From assembly GCA_963666835.2 (NCBI GenBank), contig CAXXGO010000001.1:864001-928000 (forward strand): a stretch of DNA of 64,000 nucleotides, written 5' to 3'. The notes beneath the pieces were generated by a model. That model saw only the letters and a list, made by a program, of their open reading frames with translations. It was not told where the DNA came from and did no database searches. The stretch is from Phycisphaerae bacterium (GTDB lineage: Bacteria > Planctomycetota > Phycisphaerae > UBA1845). The translations under genes were made by a program, and so were the position numbers. Positions 8,724-18,892 of this stretch are shown in pieces; positions within the stretch are counted from its first letter, which is position 1, and each line of letters begins with the position of its first letter.

Positions 8724-10649
8724 CTACTGGAGGCTGACCAGGACAAGAACCAAACCCGTACCCTCGGAAAGCGAGGTCATCGCCTTTCCGATCATGGCGC
8801 CCTGGGCTCTGGCCCGGTCGGTGACCTTCATGGCGTGCCCTGGCACATTGGACGTAGTCAGCAGATCGCCGGGTCTGATTGCCCCGTTGGACGCATCGCA
8901 CAAGGTCCACACTCGCCCGGTCAGGGCGATCGGGTGTTTGCCGTCGGCCATCGTACCATTCTGGCCCATGAGCATGCCGGGCTTGACTCCGCCCGCGCCA
9001 CTGACCACGCCCGCGACCGTGCAATCGTACGGCCGGTCAGCCACCACCAGCTTACCGGGGTTCTCGGCGTCGATCGCCACGACCATGCCGGGCTCGACGT
9101 CCACGCCTTCCGAGGCCACATCAAACTGCTCGGACAGATCGGCCCCGCCGGTTATCTCCAGCACGGAGACCTTGGTCCAGCCGTCATGATCTACGCTGAA
9201 GACTCTACCGCCGGTGTATTCGTTATACGCGACGATGAACTCGCCGTCCGCGTTGTCCCTCGAGAGCCAGAGAACCTCCCCGGTGCCTTCGTTCCGTGCG
9301 TGCACGGTCGACCAGGAGCCCACGCTGGTTATGTAGGCCGCTATGCCGGTGTTCGGCTGTGTATTGTGCACCTGAAGCGTCGCGTCACCTGTTCCCGCTC
9401 CAGCACTCTCAACATACAGGGCGGTACCGTCCGAACTCGTGTTGACGAAGTGACCGCCGTACCCACTCGTACTGGAGGACGTTCCTTTCACGCCCGCGCC
9501 TCCGCTCTGGGTGCAAGATCCCAAGACACCGGCAACTTTACCCAAAGCTTCAACACCATAACCACTCGGGGCGCTCGAGGTTGCAATGATGCCGCGCGCG
9601 GAACCGGAGGTAGACGTAGCAAGGGCAGCCATGGCCGCATACGCACTCAGCGCAGTCTGAGCCTTGATCCCGTATAACGTGCCATTCGCATCCGCTCTGA
9701 GTGAGGCCTCTACGTCCGGGCTGGCGCCGATGCCGACATTGTCATCCATTCTGGCGTCGCCGGAGACATGGAGGCTTTCCGTCGGGCTGGAGGTTCCGAT
9801 GCCGACGTTGCCCGCGGTATAATAGACATTGCTGCCGGACTGGGACCAGAGGCTCTCCCCGCCGCCGGACGCAGTCGTCTGAAGCGTGCCGTCAGGGAAC
9901 ATGATTCCGTCGACGCCTGCCGACCCGCCGATGTGCAGCTTCGCAGCCGGGTTCGACGTGCCAATGCCAACCCGATCACTGAAGTAGCCGCGTCCCTCGA
10001 ACCAGCCGCCATAGCCATTGGCAAAAGTCGACTCGCCCACGACCCCGGCCCACTCATGTCCCAGGTACCCCCGGGTGCCTTCACCTTGACACTCTCCTCC
10101 AACTGCGGTCGAGTCGTCGTCGACCACCTGCAGCGTATATAAGGGTGAGGAAGTGCCGACGCCGACCCTGCCGGTGTTAAAGAAAATGTTGGCGCCCGAT
10201 GCGGACCAAAGGCTCTCCGCTCCATTGAGAGCGTGCAGCGCATAAGGCGCGGGCCGAACTGGCTGGCGCGGGCTGAGGGTCGCCCAGTTGCCCTCGCCAG
10301 ACGGAAACTCGGCCCTGATCTCCAGCCATCGAGCGTTACCGTCAAACGCTGCGGGACCGAAATCCAACTCGACGGTGAACAAGCCGTCGACGACGTCGAC
10401 GAAAGACTTGCCGACAGTGTCGATGAGCGTGCCCCCCGTCGCGGCGTCATAGAGCCTGAAGCTTAAATCGGCCTGCCCCTCGACTGGCACACCGCCCGAT
10501 TTGAGTTGACCCTGGTAGGTGAAACTCGTCCCCACCGGTTCGGCAGCCAGGCCTGGCAGAGCCATGGCTCCACCCGCCACCACCATCACTATCATCCGGA
10601 CGGCCCAACCCGTTGCTTTGGTTTTCATGATTTGCCTCGTAGTCATCAT
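8724..10649 (-). CDS. Secreted fibre-like protein (FTYQG N-terminal domain, VGIGT repeats, chaperone-like C-terminus)
   Basis: GTSFTYQGQL...DGLFTVELDFG...RWLEI; repeated GNVGIGTSSP; C-terminal GGADLSEQF...GVVSGAGG...PIALTGRV...GDLLTTS...IGKAM resembling intramolecular-chaperone (peptidase G2-like) tails. Confidence 0.7.
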   Translation of the reverse strand: MMTTRQIMKTKATGWAVRMIVMVVAGGAMALPGLAAEPVGTSFTYQGQLKSGGVPVEGQADLSFRLYDAATGGTLIDTVGKSFVDVVDGLFTVELDFGPAAFDGNARWLEIRAEFPSGEGNWATLSPRQPVRPAPYALHALNGAESLWSASGANIFFNTGRVGVGTSSPLYTLQVVDDDSTAVGGECQGEGTRGYLGHEWAGVVGESTFANGYGGWFEGRGYFSDRVGIGTSNPAAKLHIGGSAGVDGIMFPDGTLQTTASGGGESLWSQSGSNVYYTAGNVGIGTSSPTESLHVSGDARMDDNVGIGASPDVEASLRADANGTLYGIKAQTALSAYAAMAALATSTSGSARGIIATSSAPSGYGVEALGKVAGVLGSCTQSGGAGVKGTSSSTSGYGGHFVNTSSDGTALYVESAGAGTGDATLQVHNTQPNTGIAAYITSVGSWSTVHARNEGTGEVLWLSRDNADGEFIVAYNEYTGGRVFSVDHDGWTKVSVLEITGGADLSEQFDVASEGVDVEPGMVVAIDAENPGKLVVADRPYDCTVAGVVSGAGGVKPGMLMGQNGTMADGKHPIALTGRVWTLCDASNGAIRPGDLLTTSNVPGHAMKVTDRARAQGAMIGKAMTSLSEGTGLVLVLVSLQ

Positions 10650-10711
10650 GGTCTTCCTCGCACTATCTGGGCGGTTTCGAAGCTTGTGGATCACGACTTG
10701 TGATCCGACTG

Positions 10712-11167
10712 TCACGAACCGCTGAACAATCGTTGAAACGCCGCGACATCCTTCAGATCGATGTCCTGGTCCTCATCGAAATCGAAGCACGCACAGGAAG
10801 GATCGACGGGCTCGCCGCCAGGCCCGGATGTGCAGGTGTTGAGCTCAGCGTAGTCGAACAGGTCGACTCCGCCGTCACCGTTGCTGTCGCCCGGGGGCTG
10901 GCCGTGCCAGAAGCCGCCGGTAAGCGTGAGCCCGCCGCCGCTCAGGACGCCGGCGTCCGGCTGCCCAATGGTCCCGGATAATTCGAACTCGCCCCCGATG
11001 CTGAGCGTGCTGCCGCCCCCATCCATCGTGAACCGACTGATTTCAAAGGTCGGTTCCTCCATAGGATTTGCCGTGTCCGTAATCGCACCGGCGATCAGCA
11101 CGCCGTTGCCAACCGCAGCGACCGTCAGCAGGACTAGGGTTACCTGCCTTCTTATTCCGAATCGCAC
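10712..11167 (-). CDS. Small secreted protein with dockerin-like paired EF-hand tail
   Basis: RBS GGAGG + GTG 11167; signal peptide; FTMDGGG...LSGTIGQPDAG...LTGGFW; GDSNGDGGVDLFDY and DFDEDQDIDLKDV. Confidence 0.7.
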   Translation of the reverse strand: MRFGIRRQVTLVLLTVAAVGNGVLIAGAITDTANPMEEPTFEISRFTMDGGGSTLSIGGEFELSGTIGQPDAGVLSGGGLTLTGGFWHGQPPGDSNGDGGVDLFDYAELNTCTSGPGGEPVDPSCACFDFDEDQDIDLKDVAAFQRLFSGS

Positions 11168-11477
11168 GTCCCTACCTCCCCAATGGGCTGCCTCGCTCGT
11201 GCCGCAAGGCGCGGCGTCCGGTAACAACAGCCGGAACCGGCCGTGAAGCGCCTGTCCTCCACAGATAGCGCCGGCCCGGTACGAAATGGACGCTGGGCGA
11301 CGGGAATAGTCGGACTTTCCGTGAGGAGGTCGTTTAATCCGGAGGTGGCGTCTTTGCCGGAAGGCGGTCATTGATAGAATGGGGGCTGGACTTATGGTCG
11401 TTGTTCGGGCCGCGATCATTCATCATAGTGCCTAGGGATCGCTTAGAGCCGTCCGACGACCCGGCAGCTTTTGAACC

Positions 11478-12092
11478 ATGGGTTCAGAAACCACTCAACC
11501 GTCATTGCTGTCACGAGTGCGTGATCCGGACAACGACTCCGCATGGCGAGAATTCGACGCCAAGTACCGGGAATTGATCCTGCGCTATTGCCGCGCCCGC
11601 GGCTTGCAGACCACCGACGCGGAGGACGTTCGCCAGATCGCGATGGCGAATCTGGCCAAGAGCCTGCGATCGTTCGAGTACAAGCCCGCGCGGGGGCGTT
11701 TTCGCGGCTACCTCGGCCAAGTGGTGCGGAGTGCGATTTCGCGCCATTTCAGCCGTCCAGATGCATCGCCCCGCGCGCTAGATACTAATGTGCTGGCCGC
11801 CGTCGAGGCCGACGATGCCGGGCAGGCGGATGAGGTCTGGGAGCGCGAATGGGCCCGGCACCACTACCGCCTAGCCATGCAGAGCGTTCGCGCCTCATTC
11901 GATGCGAAGAGCGTGCAGATTTTCGACCGGCTTCTCGCCGGGGATGGAGTGAACCAGTTGGCGTCTGATTTTCAGACAACGACTCAGGCTGTGCACAAGA
12001 TCAAACAGCGGATCCGTGACCGGCTGAAGGAGTTGATCGCGGCCCAGATTAGACAGGAGGATGATGACGGCAGTGCCTCCATCGCGCCATAA
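11478..12092 (+). CDS. ECF-type RNA polymerase sigma factor
   Basis: TQPSLLSRVR...AWREFDAKY...DAEDVRQ...RGRFRGYL; region-4 like AVHKIKQRIRDRL; overlaps kinase start. Confidence 0.85.
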   Translation: MGSETTQPSLLSRVRDPDNDSAWREFDAKYRELILRYCRARGLQTTDAEDVRQIAMANLAKSLRSFEYKPARGRFRGYLGQVVRSAISRHFSRPDASPRALDTNVLAAVEADDAGQADEVWEREWARHHYRLAMQSVRASFDAKSVQIFDRLLAGDGVNQLASDFQTTTQAVHKIKQRIRDRLKELIAAQIRQEDDDGSASIAP

Positions 12093-14592
12093 TCCGCTGC
12101 AAATCGGCGAAGTCCCCGACTCGTTCGGTTTTGGCGACGAGTCCGATGAGTGGATGGATCGTGTGCGCGAGGCGGAAACACCGGCGACGCTCGGCTGCAT
12201 CGGTCCGTATGAGCTAATCGAGGAAATAAGCCGCGGGGGGCAGGGCATCGTCTATCGTGCGCGCCAACCGGGCACCAAACGCGAGATAGTGGTGAAGCGT
12301 TTGCTGGCCGGCTCCTTCGCAACCCCGGCGATGCTTCGGCGATTCGAGCGTGAGGTCGAGCTGGCGGCTTCGTTAAACCACCCCGGCATCGTTACGGTGT
12401 TTGGAATCGAGATAGTCGACGGCCAGCCGCTACTGGCGATGGAGTGGATCGACGGCGTGCCGATCGATGAATGGGCGGCAGGGGGAGAGTCCGGCCACCG
12501 ACCACCGAAGCAGATCGCGGCAGTAATGCGCGACGTGTGCGACGCGGTGCGACACGCACATCAACACGGCGTGATCCACCGTGATCTTAAGCCGTCGAAC
12601 ATCCTTGTGGATCAAAGTGGCGTTCCGCATGTACTGGACTTCGGCCTTGCCCGGCCGATCGGGTCGGATGCCCAAGAAGGACAGACGGTTACCTTGACGG
12701 AGCAATTCGTTGGTACGCCCGCCTACGCTTCTCCTGAGCATCTGCGCAGTGGCACCAGTGTGGTCGACGTCAGAGCCGACGTGTATTCACTTGGTGTGGT
12801 TCTGTATAACTGCCTGACCGGTACCCTTCCCTACGATGTCGGAGGTGACCTGCCCGATGTCTTCCATCGCATCGAGCACGCGGAGCCGATCCGCCCGTCC
12901 AGCATTGCACCTCATCTCGACCGAGACATCGAATCCATCGTTTTGAAGGCCCTGACCAAGGAGAAGGAGCTGCGGTATCAGTCAGTTGATCTGCTCGCGG
13001 AGGATCTGCGCCGCTACCTCGAGAACGAACCGATCCTCGCCCGCCCGCCGGGCACCCTCTACCAGTTTGGGAAGTTCGCAAAGCGCAACAAAAAGCTGGT
13101 GACCGCCGTGATCATCGCGTTTGCCGCTCTGACCTGGGCAATGATTGGCGTGACGTTGGAGCGCAATCGCGCGCTTCGGGCCGAGGAAGCTGCCGAGCGG
13201 CAGGCCGCCATAGCCCAGGCCGTCAACGACTTCCTTAACGACGATCTTCTATCGGCGGTTGACCCGCTGAAACAGCAGGGGCGCGATGTCACGGTCCTCG
13301 AAGTCCTGCAAAAGGCATCGGAGACCATCGAGGACAGGTTCAACGAAGAACCCCTTGTCGAGGCTGCGGTTCGGCTGACGTTGGGAAACACGTACATGAA
13401 CCTGGGGCAATTCGAACTGGCCGAGCCGCATCTTGTCCAGGCACATGCCTTGCGGCAGGAAGAAGTGGGCGAGGATCATATCGATTCGCTGGAGTCTCTA
13501 ATGCTCCTGGGTCACTTGCGTGTCAGACAGGGGCAATATTTGGAAGCTGAGCCTCTGCTGATCAGGAACCTGGAACTCCACCGCCGTGTGTTGGGTAAAG
13601 ACGACCCCGACACGTTGAGCGCCATGGAGGTACTGGGAGTGTTGTACCGGCGGCTGGGCCGGTACAACGAGGCGGAGCCGCTCTATCTCGAGGTGCTGGA
13701 GACGCGCCGCCGAGTCCTCGGCGAAGAGCACCGCCACACGATCGTGGCCCTGCGGAATCTCGCCATCCTCTACAAGGAGAGAAAGGAGTACGACAAGGCG
13801 GAGCCGCTCTACAGCGAGGCCCTGGAACTCGGCCGACGCGTCCTGGGCGACAAGCACCCAGACACGTTGGGCGCGCTGAGCAGCCTGGCCACTTTGTACC
13901 AGGGCCAACGAAGGTTCGACGAAGCGGAGCCCCTGCAAATAGAGGTCATCCAGACCCAACGAGACCTGCTCGGCAAGGACCACCCGGACACCCTGGCGTC
14001 CAGGCAGAGCCTAGCTTTCCTCTACCTCTCCCAGCGCAAACTTGATCAGGCCGAGTCGCTCTTTCAAGAGATCCTCGAAGCCCGGTGTCGGGTGCTGGGC
14101 GAGGAACATCCGCATACGCTCGACACGATGTATGGTCTATCAGCCGTCTACCACTACTTGGAGCAGTACCACAAGGCGGAAGCGATGATGGCCCAAGTGA
14201 TGGAGGCCTATCGACGGGTTCTCGGTGAGGATAACCCCAACACGGTGAACTCCATCGCGGCCGTGGCAAAGCTCCGGTGGCATCAGGGCCGGTTCGAGGA
14301 AGCCCTGCCGCTCTACCGCGAAGCGCTCGAGAAGCGCAGCCGCGCCATGGGTGAGGACCACCCGCGGTCCCTTCGTTTGCTCCGCGGGCTCGTGACGACG
14401 CTCGTAGCTTTGAAGCGGTTTGAGGAGGCGGAGCCCCTCGCGAGAGACTGCTATGAGCGACACGCGAGGGTGTTCGGCCCGGACGACAAGGAGAATCGAG
14501 CGGTCACTGAGCTTCTGGCCGAGCTCTACCAGGGGTGGGGTAAACCTGAAAGGGCGGATGAATACCGCGCCCTGCTGGGCGACGAACCGTGA
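12061..14592 (+). CDS. Membrane Ser/Thr protein kinase with C-terminal 42-aa TPR array
   Basis: RGGQGIVY, HRDLKPSN, DFGLA, GTPAYASPE, DVYSLG; one TM helix; repeated LGxxHPxTL TPR units. Confidence 0.92.
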   Translation: MMTAVPPSRHNPLQIGEVPDSFGFGDESDEWMDRVREAETPATLGCIGPYELIEEISRGGQGIVYRARQPGTKREIVVKRLLAGSFATPAMLRRFEREVELAASLNHPGIVTVFGIEIVDGQPLLAMEWIDGVPIDEWAAGGESGHRPPKQIAAVMRDVCDAVRHAHQHGVIHRDLKPSNILVDQSGVPHVLDFGLARPIGSDAQEGQTVTLTEQFVGTPAYASPEHLRSGTSVVDVRADVYSLGVVLYNCLTGTLPYDVGGDLPDVFHRIEHAEPIRPSSIAPHLDRDIESIVLKALTKEKELRYQSVDLLAEDLRRYLENEPILARPPGTLYQFGKFAKRNKKLVTAVIIAFAALTWAMIGVTLERNRALRAEEAAERQAAIAQAVNDFLNDDLLSAVDPLKQQGRDVTVLEVLQKASETIEDRFNEEPLVEAAVRLTLGNTYMNLGQFELAEPHLVQAHALRQEEVGEDHIDSLESLMLLGHLRVRQGQYLEAEPLLIRNLELHRRVLGKDDPDTLSAMEVLGVLYRRLGRYNEAEPLYLEVLETRRRVLGEEHRHTIVALRNLAILYKERKEYDKAEPLYSEALELGRRVLGDKHPDTLGALSSLATLYQGQRRFDEAEPLQIEVIQTQRDLLGKDHPDTLASRQSLAFLYLSQRKLDQAESLFQEILEARCRVLGEEHPHTLDTMYGLSAVYHYLEQYHKAEAMMAQVMEAYRRVLGEDNPNTVNSIAAVAKLRWHQGRFEEALPLYREALEKRSRAMGEDHPRSLRLLRGLVTTLVALKRFEEAEPLARDCYERHARVFGPDDKENRAVTELLAELYQGWGKPERADEYRALLGDEP

Positions 14593-15049
14593 AACGCATT
14601 TGCACAGCGACCTGATCGCAAGCCCGCAGTCTAACGTGACGTCCTCTGAGCTATGCAGGAGACCCGCGCAGGTCGACCAGAGCGGGTCCGATATGTCGAG
14701 GGCTCGCCGGATCGGTCGCGTGGATGTGATTCCGGGCGACGTGTGTGCCAGAGCTCGGCCACGGCGTGAGCATGAGCGACGGGGGGCGCGAAGCGGTATC
14801 ATACGCGAGTGCCGAGGGATTGGTTGACAGATCCGGCTACAGTGGTAGAAGCAGGCCGCCGGCTCCACGAGCGAGGGCCCACAATGTTGGCACGCTCCCT
14901 CGTCGGTCTCGAGGAGCTGCCAATGGGCATTCGTGGCGGCGACATGATGTCCGCAGAACAGGCAGTGCGCCCGGCCGGCCCAGGTGCGGCGTGCAGCATC
15001 ATACCAGGATGCAGCTACCAGGGCGAGGGTTGCGATGCTTTGCAGTCGG

Positions 15050-16141
15050 TCAGGCTGCCACGCGATAGTAGTGTCGCAAGAGGCCGCCGAGGAACCGTTG
15101 ACAACGGATGCGGCCAAGTGGCGTTGGTGGATCGTATCGCGATTCCTCGAGTGGTCCTGTGGCTGCGGCAGGCAACGTGCGATTCCCGAGGCCCTGGTGA
15201 GGGCGATGCTCGTTGAAGAAGCGCACGTATTGCTGGCCAATGTGGTTGAGATGGCCGAGGCTGAAGCACAGGAAGTAGTCCAATGCCTCTCGCTTGAGGG
15301 CCCCTATCCAGGCCTCAGCGAAGGCATTCGCATCGGGAGCAAGGAGCGGTGTTCGCAAACAGCGGATGCCGTCACTCTTGAATAAACGACGGAACGCAGC
15401 CGAGAGCTTCGTGTCGCGGTCGTGGATGAGGAACCGCGCCCCGAGCCGCTGATCTTCGAGCCACATCATCGCGTTCCACCCTTGCTGTTGGACCCACCGA
15501 TCGTCAGGGTGATACGTAGGCGGACTGAGAAACACCTTGCGCGTGCCGATATGGATGAACGCGAGGCAATAAGCGACCCGGATACCGAAGGGCGTAACCA
15601 CGTTCTTGGTGAAAAAGTCGCAGGCAACGAGCGTATCCAAGTGAAGTCGGATGAACTTCCTCCATGTTGTTTCGTCAGCCCTCCCTCGACGTGTGGGGGA
15701 GGGAGTCAGTCCTTCTTCCTTCAGGATCCGCCGGACCGAGGACCGGCCGAGCTTGAGCCGGAGCTTCCGGAGCTCGCCGACGATGCGGCGATAGCCCCAG
15801 CCGGCGTTCTCCTTGGCCAAGCGGATGACGACTTTGCGCATATTGCGGGCGATCTTCGGGCGGCCGACGCGTTTCGGTTGGCGCTCTTCCCTTAGCTCCG
15901 TCACCCAGCGACAATACGTCCGTGGCGTGACGATGCCGATCACGTCGGCGACATCGTGGTCGAGCTCCTGGCCGATTGCCAGCAGCCGGGCGCGATCGTT
16001 TGGGCTGGGAATGACCCGGTTACCGCCGAGCTTGCGTCGTAGGATCTCGACCTGGGCTTTGAGGAAGCGGATGCGGGCATCGCGGCGCGCGGCGCCGGCT
16101 TCAAAGAGGAGGTGCAGAGCGACGTAGAACCAGCGGAGCAT
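15050..16141 (-). CDS. Transposase, integrase core (rve) domain (third, divergent IS; ends not defined)
   Basis: WGYRRIVGEL, ACDFFT, LIHDRDTK, PDANAFAEAWIGALKREAL, RPHQGLGN, LGGLLRHYYRVAA. Confidence 0.88.
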   Translation of the reverse strand: MLRWFYVALHLLFEAGAARRDARIRFLKAQVEILRRKLGGNRVIPSPNDRARLLAIGQELDHDVADVIGIVTPRTYCRWVTELREERQPKRVGRPKIARNMRKVVIRLAKENAGWGYRRIVGELRKLRLKLGRSSVRRILKEEGLTPSPTRRGRADETTWRKFIRLHLDTLVACDFFTKNVVTPFGIRVAYCLAFIHIGTRKVFLSPPTYHPDDRWVQQQGWNAMMWLEDQRLGARFLIHDRDTKLSAAFRRLFKSDGIRCLRTPLLAPDANAFAEAWIGALKREALDYFLCFSLGHLNHIGQQYVRFFNEHRPHQGLGNRTLPAAATGPLEESRYDPPTPLGRIRCQRFLGGLLRHYYRVAA

Positions 16142-16429
16142 AGTGCCTGAATCCTAAAGAAGAACCGGCGAAAATACGGCAATGAGAACCCTCCGACATT
16201 TTGAACCCCCGCCCAACGAAGGGCAACCCGCGGCCAGACTGAGCTACGGCCTCGACCTGCCGCTGGCTGTGGTCAGAACCACGTCCGTACGCTTGACGAG
16301 TGTCCACAAAACGTCCAACATTTTGCCCACGTCATGCTCAACATGCTGAGCATGCTGATTTCGGTTAGTCTCTGCAAAACAAGAGCTTACGCATAAGTCC
16401 GGGTGTGGCAGTAGTTTACGATTTTCGCA

Positions 16430-16453
16430 CTCGTCACGCTCATAACCCGGAGG
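16430..16453 (+). repeat. Partial direct repeat of tRNA-Met anticodon arm (att-like site)
   Basis: CTCGTCACGCTCATAACCCGGAGG vs tRNA 3709-3732 CTCGTCGGGCTCATAACCCGGAGG (22/24, last 16 exact). Confidence 0.7.
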
Positions 16454-16752
16454 GGCAAAATGTAAACAAATTGTAAACATCAGCCCGCCGTAATCGGCCC
16501 GCCAGCGTCGATAGGTGCGTCATCCTTCCTCTTGGCAATCGGGCAAATCGCGACCGTGGCGCATGAACAGCCCTTGCACCTTAATGAACGCCTCGCAAGC
16601 CGGCACGCGGCCACGACGGCGGCGGCTACACAGGCAAGCACAATGACATCCTATGCGCCCATAGAGCCGATCCCCAGGGAACTCCTGCCGTCAAGTAAAT
16701 CGCGTCTTAATGCCTGCGGCTCACTCTGGCACCACGCAGTCTTCACCGCCGT

Positions 16753-17736
16753 TCACGAATCATCGACCCAGTCCTGGACATCCTCCTCCGCCGTTACGGG
16801 AGGGCATTGGGACTGATCCGTGATACACATGTCCTCGTAGGCGAAGTTGAATTCTCTGGCGACTTGTCGAAAAGCAGCGTCTACTTCGGGAGGCATCGCG
16901 GCATTGGACGGTTCGGGTACACGGGTCATGATATTCGCCCCGGCGTACTCGCCGGCAGGAGTTGAGCCACAATACGTGTACATAATCCAATCCGGATCAG
17001 GTCTGGAAAGGACGTACCAGCGTTCATGCTGAGGTTGAAGGGGTGAATTGGTGTAGGAGACTTCCAGCAAGCCAGGTTCCTGCTCGCTTATCCTGGGCTC
17101 CGCGATCAAGTGAACGGCTTCTTCTTCGTTACAACCACCGTCTTCCGCAGGGCCACGGAAGGATGTATGATACCACCACTGTTGTGCATGATAGACCCAG
17201 GAACTCGATCGGCACGGAAGGGCATCGTATCCACCTTCCCAATTCGACCCAGGCACACCACAGTTCAGGCCCCGCACCTCCAGCCATGTGCCCTCGATCT
17301 CGTCAAGGCTCCCAAGAACATGTACTTTGTGAACGTTCTCGCCGGTAACCAGACATTGGCCATCCGTGCCTTCCGGCAAGGTTGGTAAACAACCGTTGCC
17401 GGCAAAGCATTGAACCAAGAGGCTGTATATCTCGCTCTCTTCTCCTTGAGCGAGTTGACAGAACAGGTGGCAGGCCTGACTGTGTGCCCCTGCTGAACCG
17501 CATTCCGCGTTGCATGTGAGTGTTTCACGGCAAGGAGGCTCCAACACGCAAAGAACCATCTCTAAAGGGCATTTGGTCAGACCACACATTAACAGTTCTA
17601 GGTCCGAGTTCGTGGCGTTGAAGGAGTTGCAGCCTTGACTCAACGCCAGAGTGAAAAGAACGAGAAAGGCAAGATATATTCTACTCACTTCTGCCCCAGT
17701 CCTAGTAGTTTGCGAGGTCAACGCATCACCCGACAT
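16753..17736 (-). CDS. Violaxanthin de-epoxidase (VDE/VDL)-like lipocalin, probable lipoprotein
   Basis: Hydrophobic stretch ending LSQGC; Cys-rich CGLTKCPLEMVLCVLEPPCRETLTCNAEC...CHLFC...CFAGNGCLP; lipocalin GTWLEVRGLN...YDALPC...WYVLS...YTYCG...YAGANIMTR...TDQSQCP. Confidence 0.7.
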   Translation of the reverse strand: MSGDALTSQTTRTGAEVSRIYLAFLVLFTLALSQGCNSFNATNSDLELLMCGLTKCPLEMVLCVLEPPCRETLTCNAECGSAGAHSQACHLFCQLAQGEESEIYSLLVQCFAGNGCLPTLPEGTDGQCLVTGENVHKVHVLGSLDEIEGTWLEVRGLNCGVPGSNWEGGYDALPCRSSSWVYHAQQWWYHTSFRGPAEDGGCNEEEAVHLIAEPRISEQEPGLLEVSYTNSPLQPQHERWYVLSRPDPDWIMYTYCGSTPAGEYAGANIMTRVPEPSNAAMPPEVDAAFRQVAREFNFAYEDMCITDQSQCPPVTAEEDVQDWVDDS

Positions 17737-17889
17737 TTCCCAGCTATCGAACCTCACGGTCCATCGATACACCAGTAGATCAGCAGGGCCGTACCGAAGC
17801 CCTTGGCCGGATCGTCCACCACCGGCCAGATTGGCGCGAGCCCATCATCCGAGTAGTATTCTCCGATCTCGTCGTGCATTACGGCTTCC

Positions 17890-18543
17890 TCATGTCGCCC
17901 CGAAGCTCTCATCTGCGTTCCCGACGATTTCAACGGGCAGTTGCACCTCGCCGTACTTCAAGAACCCGAGCACGAACGGGCTGTTGTACGCCAAATAGCG
18001 CGGCGGACCGATGATGCGAACCTGACCTGCACGCTGTTGGACCCACGCATTCAGCCGGCCGATCGCCTTCTCGAAGTTGGCGTTGGTATAACCGCCTCGG
18101 ACGCCGATGGATACCACGGTCATGGCGGGAACATCTTCAACAACGACGCGCTGATCGGCGGCATCTGTTCCTGAAGTGCCCCACGATGGCTCGCCGTACA
18201 GAAACGCCATCGATGTAGCGCCCTCGCTGGGTTCAACGTGTTCGGGATAGCCCATCTCCACCGGGGCAGTCATGGGGATGTCGTTCCGCTTGATGTGGTT
18301 GAACAACGGACGGAACATCACGTTGGGGCGGCCTTTGACCCCACCCTCGCCTCTCTGAATGCGCGCCATGCGGTATGCCGGATACTCCTTGACGATGATG
18401 TCGCCCACGCGGCCGGGCGAAGGGAAACCGGCCGGCAGCTTTGCTTCCTTGAACATGAACGGACGTTTCATTTCATTGTTGCCCGCGCAGCCCGCCAGCG
18501 GGGCCAGCGGGATAATCAAGGCAAGATGAAAAACGGATCGCAT
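17890..18543 (-). CDS. SOUL-family heme-binding lipoprotein
   Basis: Lipobox LAGC; VKEYPAYR, FRPLFNHIKRNDIPMTAPVE, MAFLY, YNSPF. Confidence 0.85.
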   Translation of the reverse strand: MRSVFHLALIIPLAPLAGCAGNNEMKRPFMFKEAKLPAGFPSPGRVGDIIVKEYPAYRMARIQRGEGGVKGRPNVMFRPLFNHIKRNDIPMTAPVEMGYPEHVEPSEGATSMAFLYGEPSWGTSGTDAADQRVVVEDVPAMTVVSIGVRGGYTNANFEKAIGRLNAWVQQRAGQVRIIGPPRYLAYNSPFVLGFLKYGEVQLPVEIVGNADESFGAT

Positions 18544-18892
18544 GCGAACCCCCCTGATCCATGACTGAGCGTGATTCGCTCTGTTCAGCATCTTGCCCAC
18601 CATCTGTACCGAATATCGCTGACCACCGCCAACTACGACCACGCAGCCGTCTCGTGATTCTATCTGCCACTTGGCTTACCGGCATCTTATCGCGCGGCTG
18701 TCTCCGGCGCAAGGCGCGCGGTGACCTCGACCTGCTGCCAATCAGGACGCCTCAGTCAAACCTCCGCCGCGCAATCGCGCAACACCCTGGATAGCGTTTT
18801 CGGGAGGCACAGGTGGCCCCCAGGTGCCAGCCAGGGATTTGCCCTTGAGCCGCTGAGCGATCTCGGCGGCGCAGACAGGTAGAGGCAAGACG

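Noticed and set aside
18700..18850. Possible integrase C-terminal remnant with arm-like repeats
   Set aside because: Too short and degenerate to support
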